A stretch of 57,533 nucleotides of DNA, the filler included, from Jimgerdemannia flammicorona (lineage: Eukaryota), in NCBI GenBank assembly GCA_003990765.1. It is 3 parts of 3 records of this genome, joined end to end, with 100 filler letters (N's around TTAATTAATTAA, not from the genome) between each part and the next. Parts side by side here need not be neighbours in the genome. Positions count along the whole stretch, not along the records: positions 38,424 to 57,533 come from RBNJ01002028.1; 2 more parts are not named here. One strand, written 5' to 3'. The position numbers and the translations under genes are program-made. Numbering within the stretch: position 1 is the stretch's first letter; each line of letters begins with the position of its first letter. Of the stretch, positions 39,234 through 52,038 are shown one piece after another. A model generated the notes under the pieces. That model saw nothing but the letters and a program-made list of their open reading frames with translations, had not been told where the DNA came from and searched no databases.

Positions 39234-40209
39234 ATGTCTATCCAGCTATACGATCTCGTTGGCAAAGATGGGATTGTGCTCTATTCCGCCAACGTTGGTA
39301 AGATCAAAGCAGTGCTGCATCTGAAGGTTGGTATCCTTTACGTTTGTTCATCCAACATAATTGGTTTAAATCCCAAGAGAAGAAAACGAATTCACAAATT
39401 GCGCATTCACAGAAACTCAAGTTCAATACGGTTCCTCTGACTTTTGTTGGAATTCACCGCGAAATCCCCAAGATATGGTATACATAAATATGCTTGTCAT
39501 TCCTTCCGAATTTCGTGAATCTTATCCACGAATAAATGCTCACATGCCTTGGATAGCGACCAAGGCCAATGGCCTCCGACGGTACCCGTCATCGTCGATC
39601 CAAAGCACGACGGTGCCATCTGGGACTCGTGGAAGATCATCGAGTACCTCGATGAGGCGTACCCCGACACACCGTCACCGTTTAACAACAACAAGCCGCT
39701 ACACCTCTTCTTCGAGGCGTACGTCAATAAGCACCTATACCTGCTTCTCATGAAAATCCTTTTTCTCGATATCTACAACCGACTGGACCAACTGAGCGCT
39801 GCGTACTTCCGCGAGTCGAGAGAGAAGGCTATCGGCACGACGCTGGAGAAATTTTGCGAGGATAAGGAGTCGGCGCGCGCTGAGTTTAAGGTCGCCTTGA
39901 GTCCGATTCATGATGCGTTAGGGCTTACTGGTTGGATTTCCGGCGAGAATGGTGAGTATCGTGGAAAGTTTGCTGAAGTCATACTTGGATCATAAACGTA
40001 CGCGATGTTCATTCCTGATCAATTCCTCGCATGTTTTTCATTTCACGACAGTCGGTTACTCCGACTTCTTCTTTGGCGGAGCCTTCATGCTCACGAAACA
40101 GACCAACCCAATCGAGTTCGAAAACATAATGCTGAACGCGTTCGAAGATGATGTCTTCAGAAACTGGTGGGCAAAAGTCGAGCCGTACGTGTCCGATAAT
40201 GGTAATTAG
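39234..40209 (+). CDS. Glutathione S-transferase, GSTFuA/UstS/LigE-related class, 4 exons
   Basis: MSIQLYDL start; PTVPVIVD...DSWKIIEYLDEAYPD; AYFRESREKAIGTTLE; YSDF..G C-terminal helix; TAG ending 40209. Confidence 0.85.
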
Positions 40210-40623
40210 TCTTTATTGTGAATATATCCATGATAGCGCAGTCTGTAAATGGACACCATAAACTAGGTGGTTTTGCGCTTCAACTTGTAAATCGAATAGC
40301 ATTAAAAATCTCCTCGAAAAGTCAGCTTTTGTCCTTGCAACGAATTTCTCATTCGAATCTTGTGAGCGGTTTGGCTCCTGCTTTAGACATGCTACTTCAA
40401 TATTAACAACGAACATCAATCATTCTAAATTTCCAAACCCAACATACACGACTATCGGTTGACATATTTATTGATAATCTCAGGCTTTAGCACACATTGG
40501 TAGAAATGACACCAATCACGCACGCACACACACATATCCGCGCAAAATTTGTACAAATTTTAACCATGTACATGTTTCTCTGTGGTCATGTTTCTCTGTG
40601 GTTGTGGCTCGCTATCCCTGGGT

Positions 40624-40831
40624 TTAGTCGATGTTAACGCGGTGGGTAGCGCCCGGCCTCTTGAGAACCTGCGCATACGAAAACGATGATCAAACCGAGC
40701 ATGCAAAAGCAAACCGCTGCCGGTATCATGTTTTAGGAGGGGAGAGGAGGAACAGTTACCACGATATACAGAACGCCTTTCTCGTATTTGGCCTCGATCT
40801 TGTCCGTTTGGGCGGCAGCGGGAAGAGTAAC

Positions 40832-40875
<44 letters not shown>

Positions 40876-41557
40876 TTTTTTTTTTTTTTTTTTTTTGCGG
40901 AGGGGGTGGGTGAGAGAGAGGGGTGAGAGAGAGGGGGTTACAGGTTGAGATTTGTCAACGAAGATCAAAGGCTCAATCGCCCACCAAGATAAACACAGAA
41001 TAGATAGGACAATTCTCACGTTCTCTTGAACCGGCCGTAGCTTCTCTCGCCGATCTTCGTGTCAGAAAGGTTGGTCTCGCGTCTACGATGGCCTTGGATC
41101 ACGAGGTTACCTTCACTGCTGACGTCGATCCTGACATCTTCCTTGCGAACGCCCTAACAAAATAATAATGGGAGGCAAACTCAGATATAGCTGCAAACAA
41201 AAAGGGAATGTAGTCTTTTTTTCAAGTACAGGGAGAATCCGTGCTTCAGAGCGACTTACCGGAACATCGACGTTGATCCTGTAATTGCCTCCGGATTCGT
41301 AGCTAGGGGGGTCCAGCGGATTTAAAGAGGTCATGTTATAAGTCCCGGTTTCGAGATCGATTTTTTCGTTAACTTTGGCATAGCGATCAAACTGTCAAAG
41401 GCATGCATGTATGTACTCACGCATCCAGGTCCGGAGCCCATTCAGCCTCGAAGTCGTAGTCGAAGTCGGCCTTTGGACGATAGCGATTGCCGCGACAACC
41501 GTCAGTACCAGGGCCGGGGCTGGTGCTGGTGCCGGTGTTGGCGTTAGTGGCGGTCAT
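40624..41557 (-). CDS. Small heat-shock protein (HSP20/alpha-crystallin), 5 exons
   Basis: Spliced reading MTATN...WAPDLDA|YESGGNYRINVDVP|GVRKEDVRIDVSSEGNLVIQGHR...ERSYGRFKRT|VTLPAAAQTDKIEAKYEKGVLYIV|VLKRPGATHRVNID*; all GT-AG; missed by the ORF track. Confidence 0.88.
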
Positions 41558-42020
41558 GTTTCGACTGGTGTGTTTGGAATTGAGTTGAGAGGTTTGAGGT
41601 TTGGATTGAGGGAGAAGCACAATATTTGCGAAGGAATAGGACGGATGGACTTTATTCAAGAAATTATGTAAATTATGTGCAATGGATAAGATCATAGATA
41701 GTAATGATGAGCAAACAACGCAGCATCGCATCAAACAGCGCCAATCAGCTCCATGCCATCACCACTCGATATGATACAACATTACATCTATGCGGTCAGC
41801 ATGAAGTCGCCAATTCGGCCGGTAAACGTGTATTTGAAGCGTCCAGCATCCTCGTCCCCGCATCTCACACCTTTCCCTTTCACACAAATCACCCAAATCA
41901 TTTTCAGTCTCACGTAGAGAGGTACGCGAGCAAACGAGGGTGTTGTGTGCACTTCCTTTAGATCCCAAAATCCTCATTCTTAAATGCTCCCCTACCTTCC
42001 CCCATACCACAGCATCAATA

Positions 42021-42971
42021 ATGACCGATTTCTTTGGCCTTGGCACCTCGGATCCTTTCTCGGACTTCGACACTGACCCCTTCGACCTCGGGTTTGGCAA
42101 CTCCACCCGCCAGTTCGGCAACGTCTTCGGCGACCGTTCCTTCAACCACCCCGGCTACTTCTCTCCTTTCGGCTATCACCCTTTCTTCGGCACCACCGGC
42201 TATGACCAAGATAACATCCCCGATCGCCCGGGCCGTCGCTACATTCCCCCGCGTCGCAGGAGGGTCGTCGATCGCGCCGGCGGCGAGATTGGTCATCGTG
42301 GCAAGCGCTCCTTCGCTACCAGGTCCGACCGCACGTCGGACTGGTTGCCTGACTGGGTAATATGACGATGACATTGTATTTGTAGGTTCCGGAATGCAAC
42401 GCGAACTTTTGTGCCGATGCTGACTTTAAATGGAAAACATAAACCCTCCCTCCTCCTCTCTCTCGCTCTTGCACAGGATGTGGTTAACACCGACCGTGAA
42501 GTGATCGTCGCGATGGAGGTGCCCGGGATATCGAAAGATGACATCAAGATTGATGTTGAGGACGGAAGGTTGGTCATCTCCGGTGAAAGGCCTATGGATG
42601 AGTTGCTCAAGGGATCGGACAACGTCAAGATCAGGGAGAGAGAGTTCGGGCATTTCAAGCGGAGGGTCAAGCTGCCTGAGGTGAGTTTGCTGTCCGATAT
42701 GGCTTTCTTTCATGCATTGTTAGAATAATACATCCATGAATATAAACTCGGAACCCCCTTCGCTCTTCTCGTGCCCGGCTAGGGTTGCGATATCCACAAG
42801 ATCAGCGCCAAGGTCAATGAGGGGATTCTCGAAGTTCACGTTCGTAATAATCTGCTTGTGAGTCATTCACAATGCGCGAACGAGGTTTGATTCATGACGC
42901 AATCCTCACAATAAATCCCACAGGTTCCCAAGGGGGCCGACGAACCGGCCGTGCGTGTCAACATCCAGTGA
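42021..42971 (+). CDS. Small heat-shock protein (HSP20), 4 exons
   Basis: F/D/G-rich N-terminus; WLPDW|DVVNTDREVIVAMEVPGISKDDIKIDVEDGRLVISGER...EREFGHFKRRVKLPE|GCDIHKISAKVNEGILEVH|VPK...RVNIQ*. Confidence 0.92.
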
Positions 42972-43377
42972 GAGGATTCGATCGTCTTGCGCAGTGTCGG
43001 GGTGCCTCAAGCACACCCATTTTTTTCGTGTATCCGTCGCCCATTCGCTCAGGTCAAAAGGATCAGAATCGAGTAAATATCAGTTGGGAAGACCAGGCTT
43101 TGCATTGGCAGGAACAGCAAAAAAGCTTCAATCTTGAAATAATAATCCATGTGCACCTACAACCATATATAGTATTTGCTATGTTTTATGTCTTATGTGT
43201 TTCGATACAGGGAATCTAGCGTATGAGCAAGGGTGAATTCGCCCCAGCAATAAAAGTTGTATATACTTCCTTTCACGGACGCCGGTGGACTTCCATCTCA
43301 TGTGTGATCCGTGACTGTAAAAACTTGTCACATGTATATCTTCCCCCCAAGTGCTATATATACTTACCCAAAGTCCG

Positions 43378-45836
43378 ATGCCACTTGACATTGAGGAATT
43401 CAGACGTCGAGGCTACGAAGCAGTAGACAGGATAGCGGACTACTACGCCGACATTGAAAGCCATCGAGGTAAGTCGCGTCCGTGCTTTGTCGTCATTGCC
43501 TCCTCTCGCAGGAATCCGGTAACCTAACTTCGCCGCATTCCTTGTCGGCCAGTTCTATCCGTCGTGGAGCCTGGGTACCTGAAGAAGCTGCTTCCGGATA
43601 ATGCTCCCGAAGGTATGTCGGCATGATACGTATCAGCCACACACACCATGCCTTTCTTGACTGGAAGAGCTCTCCCAAATTCTGCTTAGATCCGGAGTCT
43701 TGGGATGTAATCCAGGCAGATTTCGACAACAAGATCATGCCCGGAATGACCCATTGGCAGAGCCCCAACTTCTTCGCCTTCTTCCCGGCCAACTCGTCCT
43801 TCGAAGGAATCCTCGGCGATATGTACGGCGGGATGCTGAACACGATCGGATTCAATGTGAGTGGGAAATACAATGCTTTATGTCGATCAGGAAGCGATCC
43901 TCATAACACCCTTGCGCTCATACCACCGATTCGCCTTACATCCGCAGTGGCTGTGCTCGCCCGCCTCTACCGAGCTGGAGACCATTGTTCTCGACTGGAT
44001 GGCCAAGCTGATCGGGCTACCCGGGCAGTTTCTGTCGGACGGCTGCGGTGGCGGCGTGATCCAGCCGACGGCGAGCGAGGCTGTCATCGTGGTCATGATC
44101 GGCGCCAGGGACCGTGTCCTCAACAGGTGCCGTCGCGTCGAGGGGAAGAGCGAAGAGGAGGTCGCCATGGTAGCGAACAGGCTGATCGCGTACGGGTCTG
44201 ACCAGGTTAGTGGGAGGATGTATGCCCCGTCAATTTGGTGTGCACGTGCGTATACTCTTTGAATCTGATTGCGATTCCTTCCACGTCGCCCTGAAACACG
44301 TTAGACCCATTCCTGCACGCACAAGGCGGCGCTGATTGCAAATGTGCGTTTCCGGTCGCTGCCAACGGATGACGATTTTCGACTCCGCGGGGAGACGGTC
44401 TGGGCCGAGGTGCAGAACGACATGGACGAAGGGCTGATACCCTTCTTCTTGACGGCCACAATCGGAACGACCAGCAGCGGGGCTGTCGACGCGATTGACG
44501 AGATCGGGGAAGCAGGTGATGTGGATCAATTGAGTAGTTTATGGTTGGTTCAGGGTTAGATATAAAAGGTGGTTGAGTTTAAGCGACGAATTGGGTGGGA
44601 TGTGTTAGATCTTCGGTTGATAAGTGAGGTCTAATATGTGGCTTTCTATGCGGTGTAGTCAACGGAACCGATATTTGGCTGGTACGCTGCTCCCCACTTT
44701 CTATGCCTCTTCTCTTTGCATCAAAGTATTCGCACACCAATGACCTTGTACATGCTATTGCGATTTTAAACGTAGCACATCGACGCCGCGTACGCCGGCG
44801 CCTCACTTATCTGTCCCGAGTACCAACACTTACTGAAGGGTGTCGAACATGCCGATTCATTCGACTTCAACATGCACAAGTGGCTGCTGACTAATTTTGA
44901 TTGTTCTTTGCTGTGGTGAGTGTGCATGACGTGATGGGTGGGGCCTGGTAACAATTGTTTGTATGGTCCGTCATTTCATGTGCGTGCAAGCGGGAAGGCT
45001 GACAATATTTATGATTAGGGTCAAGGACCGCAAGCCCCTCATCGATGCGCTGTCTCTCACCCCCGCCTACCTGCGTACCGCACAGGGGGATGCAGGGCTG
45101 GTCACTGACTACAAGTATGGCAGTTGCGGCGTATTGTCCAGTCACCCGAGCCTTGTGGTTTCTTCCATTTCTCGTTGGATGATCTCGGGGGTTCGTTCAT
45201 CAGAATGCGCTCATCTTATGCTCTCTAATTTTAATAAAATTGCGCCTGTAGGGACTGGCAACTGGGGCTCGGTCGACGGTTCCGATCGCTGAAGGCATGG
45301 TTTGTAATCCGGAGTTACGGCGCGAAGGGCCTGCGGGAGCATATTAACAAGGTATATATATATGAATGACGATGTCTTGACATGCAGGTTCGTGCAGGAT
45401 TTGTTCAAGAGCACGTTTCCGATTGTCATATATTCGCCCCATTCATTCCATCATTTGACCTCCCATCACACTCCAGCACATCCGTCTTGCCTCCCACTTC
45501 CGTGCCTTGATGGCCAAACACCCCGATCTACTGGCCATTAGCACACCGCCCACATTTGCGCTGACCGTTTTTAACGTCCTCGCCCCTCTTCCTGAAATCG
45601 AAGGCGTCGATTCCGCCACGCTCACCCGCCAAACCCTTGAGCGGATCAACGCCTCGGGCGAAATCTTCCTGACCTTGACGGAGTTACGTAAGAGGCCACA
45701 CATACGGCTTGTGCCGGGCAGCCCGTGGGTGGAGGAGAGGCATGTGGAAAAAGCTATGGAAGTCATAGTGAGGTGCGCGAAGGAGGTGGTTGCGGAGATG
45801 ATGGCGAAGGTTGGAGCGACGCTGAATCAAGGATGA
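43378..45836 (+). CDS. DDC: PLP-dependent aromatic L-amino-acid decarboxylase (group II), multi-exon
   Basis: [69 protein letters not shown] lysine in [24 protein letters not shown]. Confidence 0.95.
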
Positions 45837-46250
45837 TAATGGATGTAGGAGCCTATATAGTCTTTTTTTTACGATTGCATACAGTGCGGGATACCTAGTC
45901 CCGACATAAAGTTAACTTTCTCAATTTCGACACATGAAAAGTGGCCAACTTTAAATGAATAGAACTCTACATTTCAGCGTCTAAATAAAAAAAAGAGAAT
46001 CGTAACTATGTAGAAAACATAGTTACGAAATATATATCTCTTGTCGTGACTAGATGTACAAATGACCAAGCCACCCAAATACCACGTGATATTATGGTGA
46101 TGTAAGCACGTTTTTTTTTTTCTTGCCGCTCTACCATCACCATTTACGTCGTCACGTAAAAGAGATAACGAGCCCTCGACGCTAGCCTTCCGGTCGAAAC
46201 TTCTCCCGCCCGAAACTTCCCCCGCCCGAACGCATCTGAATTCATACACA

Positions 46251-49200
46251 ATGTCGTCGCGTTTCTTCCGTGCAGGATCGGACTCTGATTCTGACTCCGA
46301 GTCCGACAACGAGTCCTTCGTCTCCGATGAGGAGCCGTCTGAGGGGGACGAGTCCGATGGGGAGCTCGCGCCGCAGCAGGAGGAGAAGAAAAACAAGTGG
46401 ATCGGTGCTGCCGCCTCAGACGATGATGATAGTGACGATGATAGAGGAAAACGGAAGGTGCTGAGCAAGAAAGACAAGCGGTTCGTGGAGCTAGAAAGCG
46501 CGGTGAAGGCCATCGAGAATGGACGCAAGATCGGCGACTGGGTCGCGATTTCGAATGGTAAGCGTTTGGGAGGCGGGGCAGGTGTTTGGCGTATGCACGG
46601 CGCTGTTAGAAAGGTGGGGGAGGGTTATGTGGAAAGGAATTTCAGCGGGATGTCACGATGCTGGAGAAGCTTTGATTGCGGAAACCAATTGAAGATGTGG
46701 AAATGTGAAATAGGTCCGGGAGGTTTTAGTGCAGTGGCAGAGGGGAAGGATTTTAACGAGCAATGAAAACTATGTGTGGACCGTGAGCTTCGACACTCAC
46801 CCTCAAATTCCTCTCGTCCACCCCCAGAATTCGACAAACTCACCAAGGCCCTTAAGAAAGTCTCCACTTCCAGCATCATGGTAAAGTCCGGTGTCCCTCG
46901 CTTCTTTATCCGTGCCATCGTTGAGTTGGAGGATTATCTCGCAGAGGCTGTCAGCAAGGAGAAGGTCGTCGCAAAGAAAATGGGCGCCGACAAGGCCAAG
47001 GCCATGAACGTGATGAAGCAGAAGTTGAAGAAGAACAACAAGGATTACGAGAAGGAGATCGACGCGTTTAGAAAGGTGAGTCGACGGAGATTCGGTCTCG
47101 TTTGCGGATGAGTCAAATGTTAAATTGCTTGGAAAGGAGTGGGAGCAGGAAACAAAGATATCACGTTTCCTTTCATCAACGGAGGCGGAGCTTTTCGCAA
47201 GTTGTGAAAAATCTTCCATTGGTGCTGTATTCACTAATACATAAGTTACTCGCCCATAGAACCCCGTCGAGGAAGAGGAAGAGGATGAAATTGAACTCGA
47301 CGAGGAAGAAGATTTGATAGCCCTCGCGGCTGCTAAGGCCGCCGCGAAGAAGGACAGGAAGAAGGCGCAGTTCCAGCTTAGTGATGACGAGAGCAGGGAG
47401 GCGACGGACTTCGCGGCCGATGGAGATGATGGGTTCACTCCCGTCGGCCCGGGCGGCAAGACGGTGGAGTACACCGCGGAAAATCTGTACAAGAAGTTGA
47501 GGGAGGTGCTGGATGCTAGGGGGAAAAAGGTGGGTTGAGTCATGTGGTTATGCCGATGGGCTGTAAGATTTGACTGCCAGATTTCACCAGATAGTTTATG
47601 AATAGCTCAATTCCCCATATATTCCCCGCGCATAAACAGAACACCGACCGCACCGAGCAAGTTACCGTCCTGAAACGCTTGCTCGTCATCGCGGCGACCC
47701 CGTACTCCCGGGTCCGTGTGCTCATCGCGCTGATCTCATCGCAATTCGACTACAACCTGTCGATGACGGCGTTTATGTCCGTAGAACTATGGAAGTCGGC
47801 CGAGCGGGAAATTACACAATTGCTGATCATCCTCGAGGAGAACCCGCAGTACGAGATCCGCGAAGATGTGGAAGAGATTGACGACGACGACAAGGATCTC
47901 GTCCCCCCGGCAGGGAGCGTCCTCTCCATCCGCGGATCCATCGTGTCGTTCGTGGATAGGCTCGACGACGAGTTTACCAAAAGCCTGCAGAATATTGATC
48001 CGCATACCACTGAGTATGTTGATCGATTGAAGGATGAGACCGGGTTGTATGCCGTGATCGTTAGAGCGCAGGCGTACTTCGAGATGCATGGTATGGAGGA
48101 GAGCACGTGTCGGGTGGTGATGAGGAGGTTGGAGCATGTATACTACAAGGTATGGAAAGCCATGCTTGACATTTGAGGGGCAACGCAACTTTGTTTACGA
48201 ATCCGAGCTTTGCATGCTCACGATGTTACCGGTCTACTATTTTTACAGCCTGACCCAGTCATCAAACAAGTCGAAGAGGCCGTCAAGGTTGCCCTCCCCG
48301 AATCTGTGTCTTCCAAGATCACCTTCTACGAGGACCCCTCGGAGCTGATCCACAACCTCTGCGTTTACCTTTATAAACAAAATGTTTCCCTTCTCCGCAC
48401 CCGCGCTATGCTCTGCCACATCTACCACCACGCCTTGCATAACCGCTTCTATAAGGCGCGCGACATGCTTCTAATGTCCCATCTCCAGGAGTCCATCCAC
48501 CAGGCTGACGTCGCCACCCAGATCCTTCATAACCGCACCATGGTTCAGGTTGGCCTCTGCGCTTTCCGCGAGGGCATGATTAAGGAGGCCCAGTCCTGCC
48601 TGCAGGAAATCTCCGGCTCCGGGCGCCCCAAGGAGCTACTCGCCCAGGGCCTACAACTGCAGCGCTATGCCCAGTTGCCCCCCGAGCAGGAGAAGCTCGA
48701 CCGCCAGCGTCAGCTCCCCTTCCACATGCATATCAATCTTGAGCTCCTCGAGTGCGTCTACCTCACTTGCTCCATGTTGCTCGAGATCCCGTCCATGGCC
48801 GCTGCGGGACCCGACGCTAAGAAGAAGGTCATCTCCAAACCCTTCCGGAGGCTTCTCGAGTATAACGAGAGGCAAGTGTTCTCCGGGCCACCTGAGAACA
48901 CCAGGGACCATATCATGGGTGCGGCGAAATCGCTCGCAGCTGGGGAATGGAAGAAGTCGAGGGAGCTGATCATGGCGATCAAGATCTGGGACCTGATGCC
49001 CGAGCAGCAGCAGATTAAGGACATGTTAGCCAGGTATTCTTTGGATTCCTTTACTTCTTGTTTTACACTGCCTTATTTCGATTTTTAATGAATGTATGGC
49101 CTTTATTCTCTCATCATCGCCCTACAGGAAAATTCAAGAGGAAGGCCTCCGCACTTACCTCTTCACCTACTCATCGTACTATACGACTCTCGGCCTTCAG

Positions 49201-49719
49201 CAGCTCTCGAGCATGTTTGACTTGCCGCTGAATAACGTGGCGGCAATCGTGGCCAAGATGATCTGGAACGAAGAGATCGCGGCCTCTCTGGACCAGATCA
49301 AGCAATGCGTTGTTCTGCACCAGGTCGAGGCGTCGCGGGTGCAGGTACTGTCGTTGCAGTTTGCGGACAAAGCCGCGGCGCTAGTGGAGCAGAACGAGCG
49401 GTTGCTCGAGCAGAAGACGCTCGAGAACAAGCCTGAGAGGAAGGAGAAGGGCAAGGGTGAAAGGGGTGAGTACTGGAGGATGTTATACTCAATGCTATAT
49501 ATGCGTTTTGTGGGAATTGCATTTAGTCTTTCTCGATCTGACTGATTTTCATTATTCACACACCAATGTGACAATACCGTAGGCCAAAATCCGCAACAGC
49601 GTGGTCAGTCCGGCGGTCAGCGTGCCTTCCAACAGAGGACGGGCGGACGCAACAACTTCAACAACGGTCTGGGTAACAGCGTACGTGGCCGCGCCCAAGG
49701 CGGCAGGAGGAACAACTGA
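46251..49719 (+). CDS. NIP1: Eukaryotic translation initiation factor 3 subunit C
   Basis: MSSRFFRAGSDSDS; ARGKKNTDR; RLDDEFTKSLQNIDPHTTEYVDRLKDE; LPFHMHINLELLECVYL; GPPENTRDH; PCI domain; TGA 49717-49719. Confidence 0.97.
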
Positions 49720-49735
49720 ATTTTTAGTCGTTATC

Positions 49736-49799
49736 CACCACCACCACCACCACCACCACTACTACCACCACCACCACCACCACCACCACCACCACCACC
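49736..49799 (+). repeat. (CAC)n microsatellite in the eIF3c 3'UTR
   Basis: About 21 CAC/TAC units just after the stop codon. Confidence 0.9.
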
Positions 49800-50577
49800 C
49801 TTAATCACGCACCCTTCCAAAAACAATTCGCAATAACAAACAAGTATTAAAACACAAAAATGATCAGATTACAACAGAGATACGATATGTATCTTTTACC
49901 GAGAATCATGGTGGACGCCATGTCGAAGAGGTCGCGAGGGAGGCGAAGAGAACACTGCGGGATCGATGACCATGTCGCCACAAAAACATGAACAATTTGT
50001 TTTAGGGCTTTACTTTGTTTCTGATTGTAGCGGAAAACACCGCGTCTTAGAAATTGGGATCTTATTGTTTCAGTCAGAGGTTGAATTTGAGAATAAATTT
50101 TTTTTTTTTTTTTTGATAGGTTTGGGTAATTTCGGTGTTTCCCTATTGATGGCCAATTCTCCATTCATGTCTTTTCTTTCTCTTCGCTCCTTTAGTTGGT
50201 GCAATGCTCTTTTGCTTGTTTGATGTCATGTAATACTCCTTTGCTTGCTTAGGTGGCATGCAATGCTCCTTTATGTGATTGACATTGTAATCTCTCACAT
50301 GTAATAACAGATTTTGTAACTAACTGTACTCTTGGCACAAAATAATGTATAAATACCCCTCTTATATCTTAATAATATTAATATAAAACAAATACTAAGA
50401 ATTACTTAGGAACCAGTCCTTACAAGGATTGGCTTCAACATTGAACCATGTCACAACCGACTTTTGCTTGGCTTTTTTTTTAGTTAACGTGAATTTTCAC
50501 ATGGACTGGTCACGTGTCCGGATGGACAGGTTTCTATAAAATGGGCTCGGCAAATGTTCACACCCTGCAGCTAAATC

Positions 50578-51594
50578 ATGTCCCTCTTTGTTCGATCTCT
50601 GGCCATCGCGACAGCCCTTATCGCTGTCCTCTATGCGGTTATTCCGGACGCGAGGAAGCCTCTCGGTTCCTTGCGCACCGTTGAGAATGACGCCTCCCTT
50701 CCCTACCCGCCAACCTTTTACCCAGGAGGCCACGACTTGACCCTTCCCGGCGGCACTATGCGCTACTACATCTTCGGCCCCAGCACCGGCCAGAAAGTCG
50801 TCTTCGTTCATGGCCTCACCATCCCATCGCCAATTTGGTCCAATATTGCCACTAATCTCACGGACGACAACACGCAGGTCCTGCTCTACGACATCTGGGG
50901 CCGCGGGTACTCGGACTCGCCTGGTACCCGTTTCGACGAGCACCTCTATATCTCGCAGCTCGCACAGCTCCTCCAGAAGGTGGGCTGGGACCGCGAGCCT
51001 TTCACGCTAGTCGGCCTCTCCATGGGCGGTGCCATTGCCACTTCCTTCACCCGTTTCTACCCGGAGCTCGTCAAACAGCTTGTTCTCATCGCCCCCGCCG
51101 GCCTCATGACCAAAACCGACTTCCCCGTTGTCGGTCATATCGTCTCTACTCCGTTTTTCAGCCAGCTCGCCACCAGCTCGTTCGTCCGCCCGCTCGTTGT
51201 CCGCGGTGCCAGGGGACACCTGCCCACCGATCACCCGGACATCTCTCACTACGACGACCAAAAGATACACGACGCTGTAAAGCTGACCAGGGAAATCGTC
51301 ATCTCCCAGATCCTGCACCACCCAGGTTTCTTCCGTGCGTTCATCGGGACCACCACAGATTTCCCGCTCTTCGGGCTCGACGAGAGGTACCAACGCGTCG
51401 GGGAGGATCCCAAGAGGCCCGTGCTGGTGTTCTGGGGGGACCGGGACAGTACGGTGCCGTATAAATATTCCGCCACGTTGAAGGAGTATGTGTCACATGC
51501 CGAGATTGTGACCATTGAACGCGGAGGGCATGGGATTGCCATCACGAATTACAAAATGATCAACGAGAGATTGAGGGCGTTCTTGAAGGAGTAA
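50578..51594 (+). CDS. Alpha/beta-fold hydrolase, single exon, N-terminal signal/anchor
   Basis: 338-aa ORF; VFVHG, YDIWGRGYS, nucleophile GLSMGG, acid in GDRDSTVP, His in GGHG. Confidence 0.92.
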   Translation: MSLFVRSLAIATALIAVLYAVIPDARKPLGSLRTVENDASLPYPPTFYPGGHDLTLPGGTMRYYIFGPSTGQKVVFVHGLTIPSPIWSNIATNLTDDNTQVLLYDIWGRGYSDSPGTRFDEHLYISQLAQLLQKVGWDREPFTLVGLSMGGAIATSFTRFYPELVKQLVLIAPAGLMTKTDFPVVGHIVSTPFFSQLATSSFVRPLVVRGARGHLPTDHPDISHYDDQKIHDAVKLTREIVISQILHHPGFFRAFIGTTTDFPLFGLDERYQRVGEDPKRPVLVFWGDRDSTVPYKYSATLKEYVSHAEIVTIERGGHGIAITNYKMINERLRAFLKE

Positions 51595-52038
51595 AAACTG
51601 TTATTGTACCTGTCGATTTCACGATGTACCTATAGCAATGTGTTCGTTATTAAAGACGGCCTCGGCCCTTTGCAATACTGATGATTGTCACCATGCCATC
51701 GCTGATGAGGCACTGAATTACGCCAATCTATTTGTAATAAAATTTGGCTCGGCCACTACACTACCTACCTACACCTTTCGCTATTTGTCACGCTCGTATT
51801 CCCTCGAATTCTCGCCGATTAAACACGCAAGCATTTAAACTTTCTTATGTCCCGCGTCCCTTTCTCGATCCATGCTTGTCTTCATACAGAATGTGATAGA
51901 TGCATGAGGCATAAGGTTTTTACGTTATGTTTTCCCTTTCTTTTCTCCTACATTAGTGATGAAAGTCACAGTTGCGATATGACGTCACCTACCTTCGGTC
52001 CATATATGCACCAGCCACCTGTCCTCGTCCCGCAAACC

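Noticed and set aside
39331..39339. GTATCCTTT U12-like donor in GST intron 1
   Set aside because: The in-frame donor is GTTGGT 4 nt upstream, there is no U12 branch point, and using this site shifts the frame
49601..49804. Poly-His ORF
   Set aside because: Out-of-frame reading of the eIF3c last exon plus the CAC microsatellite
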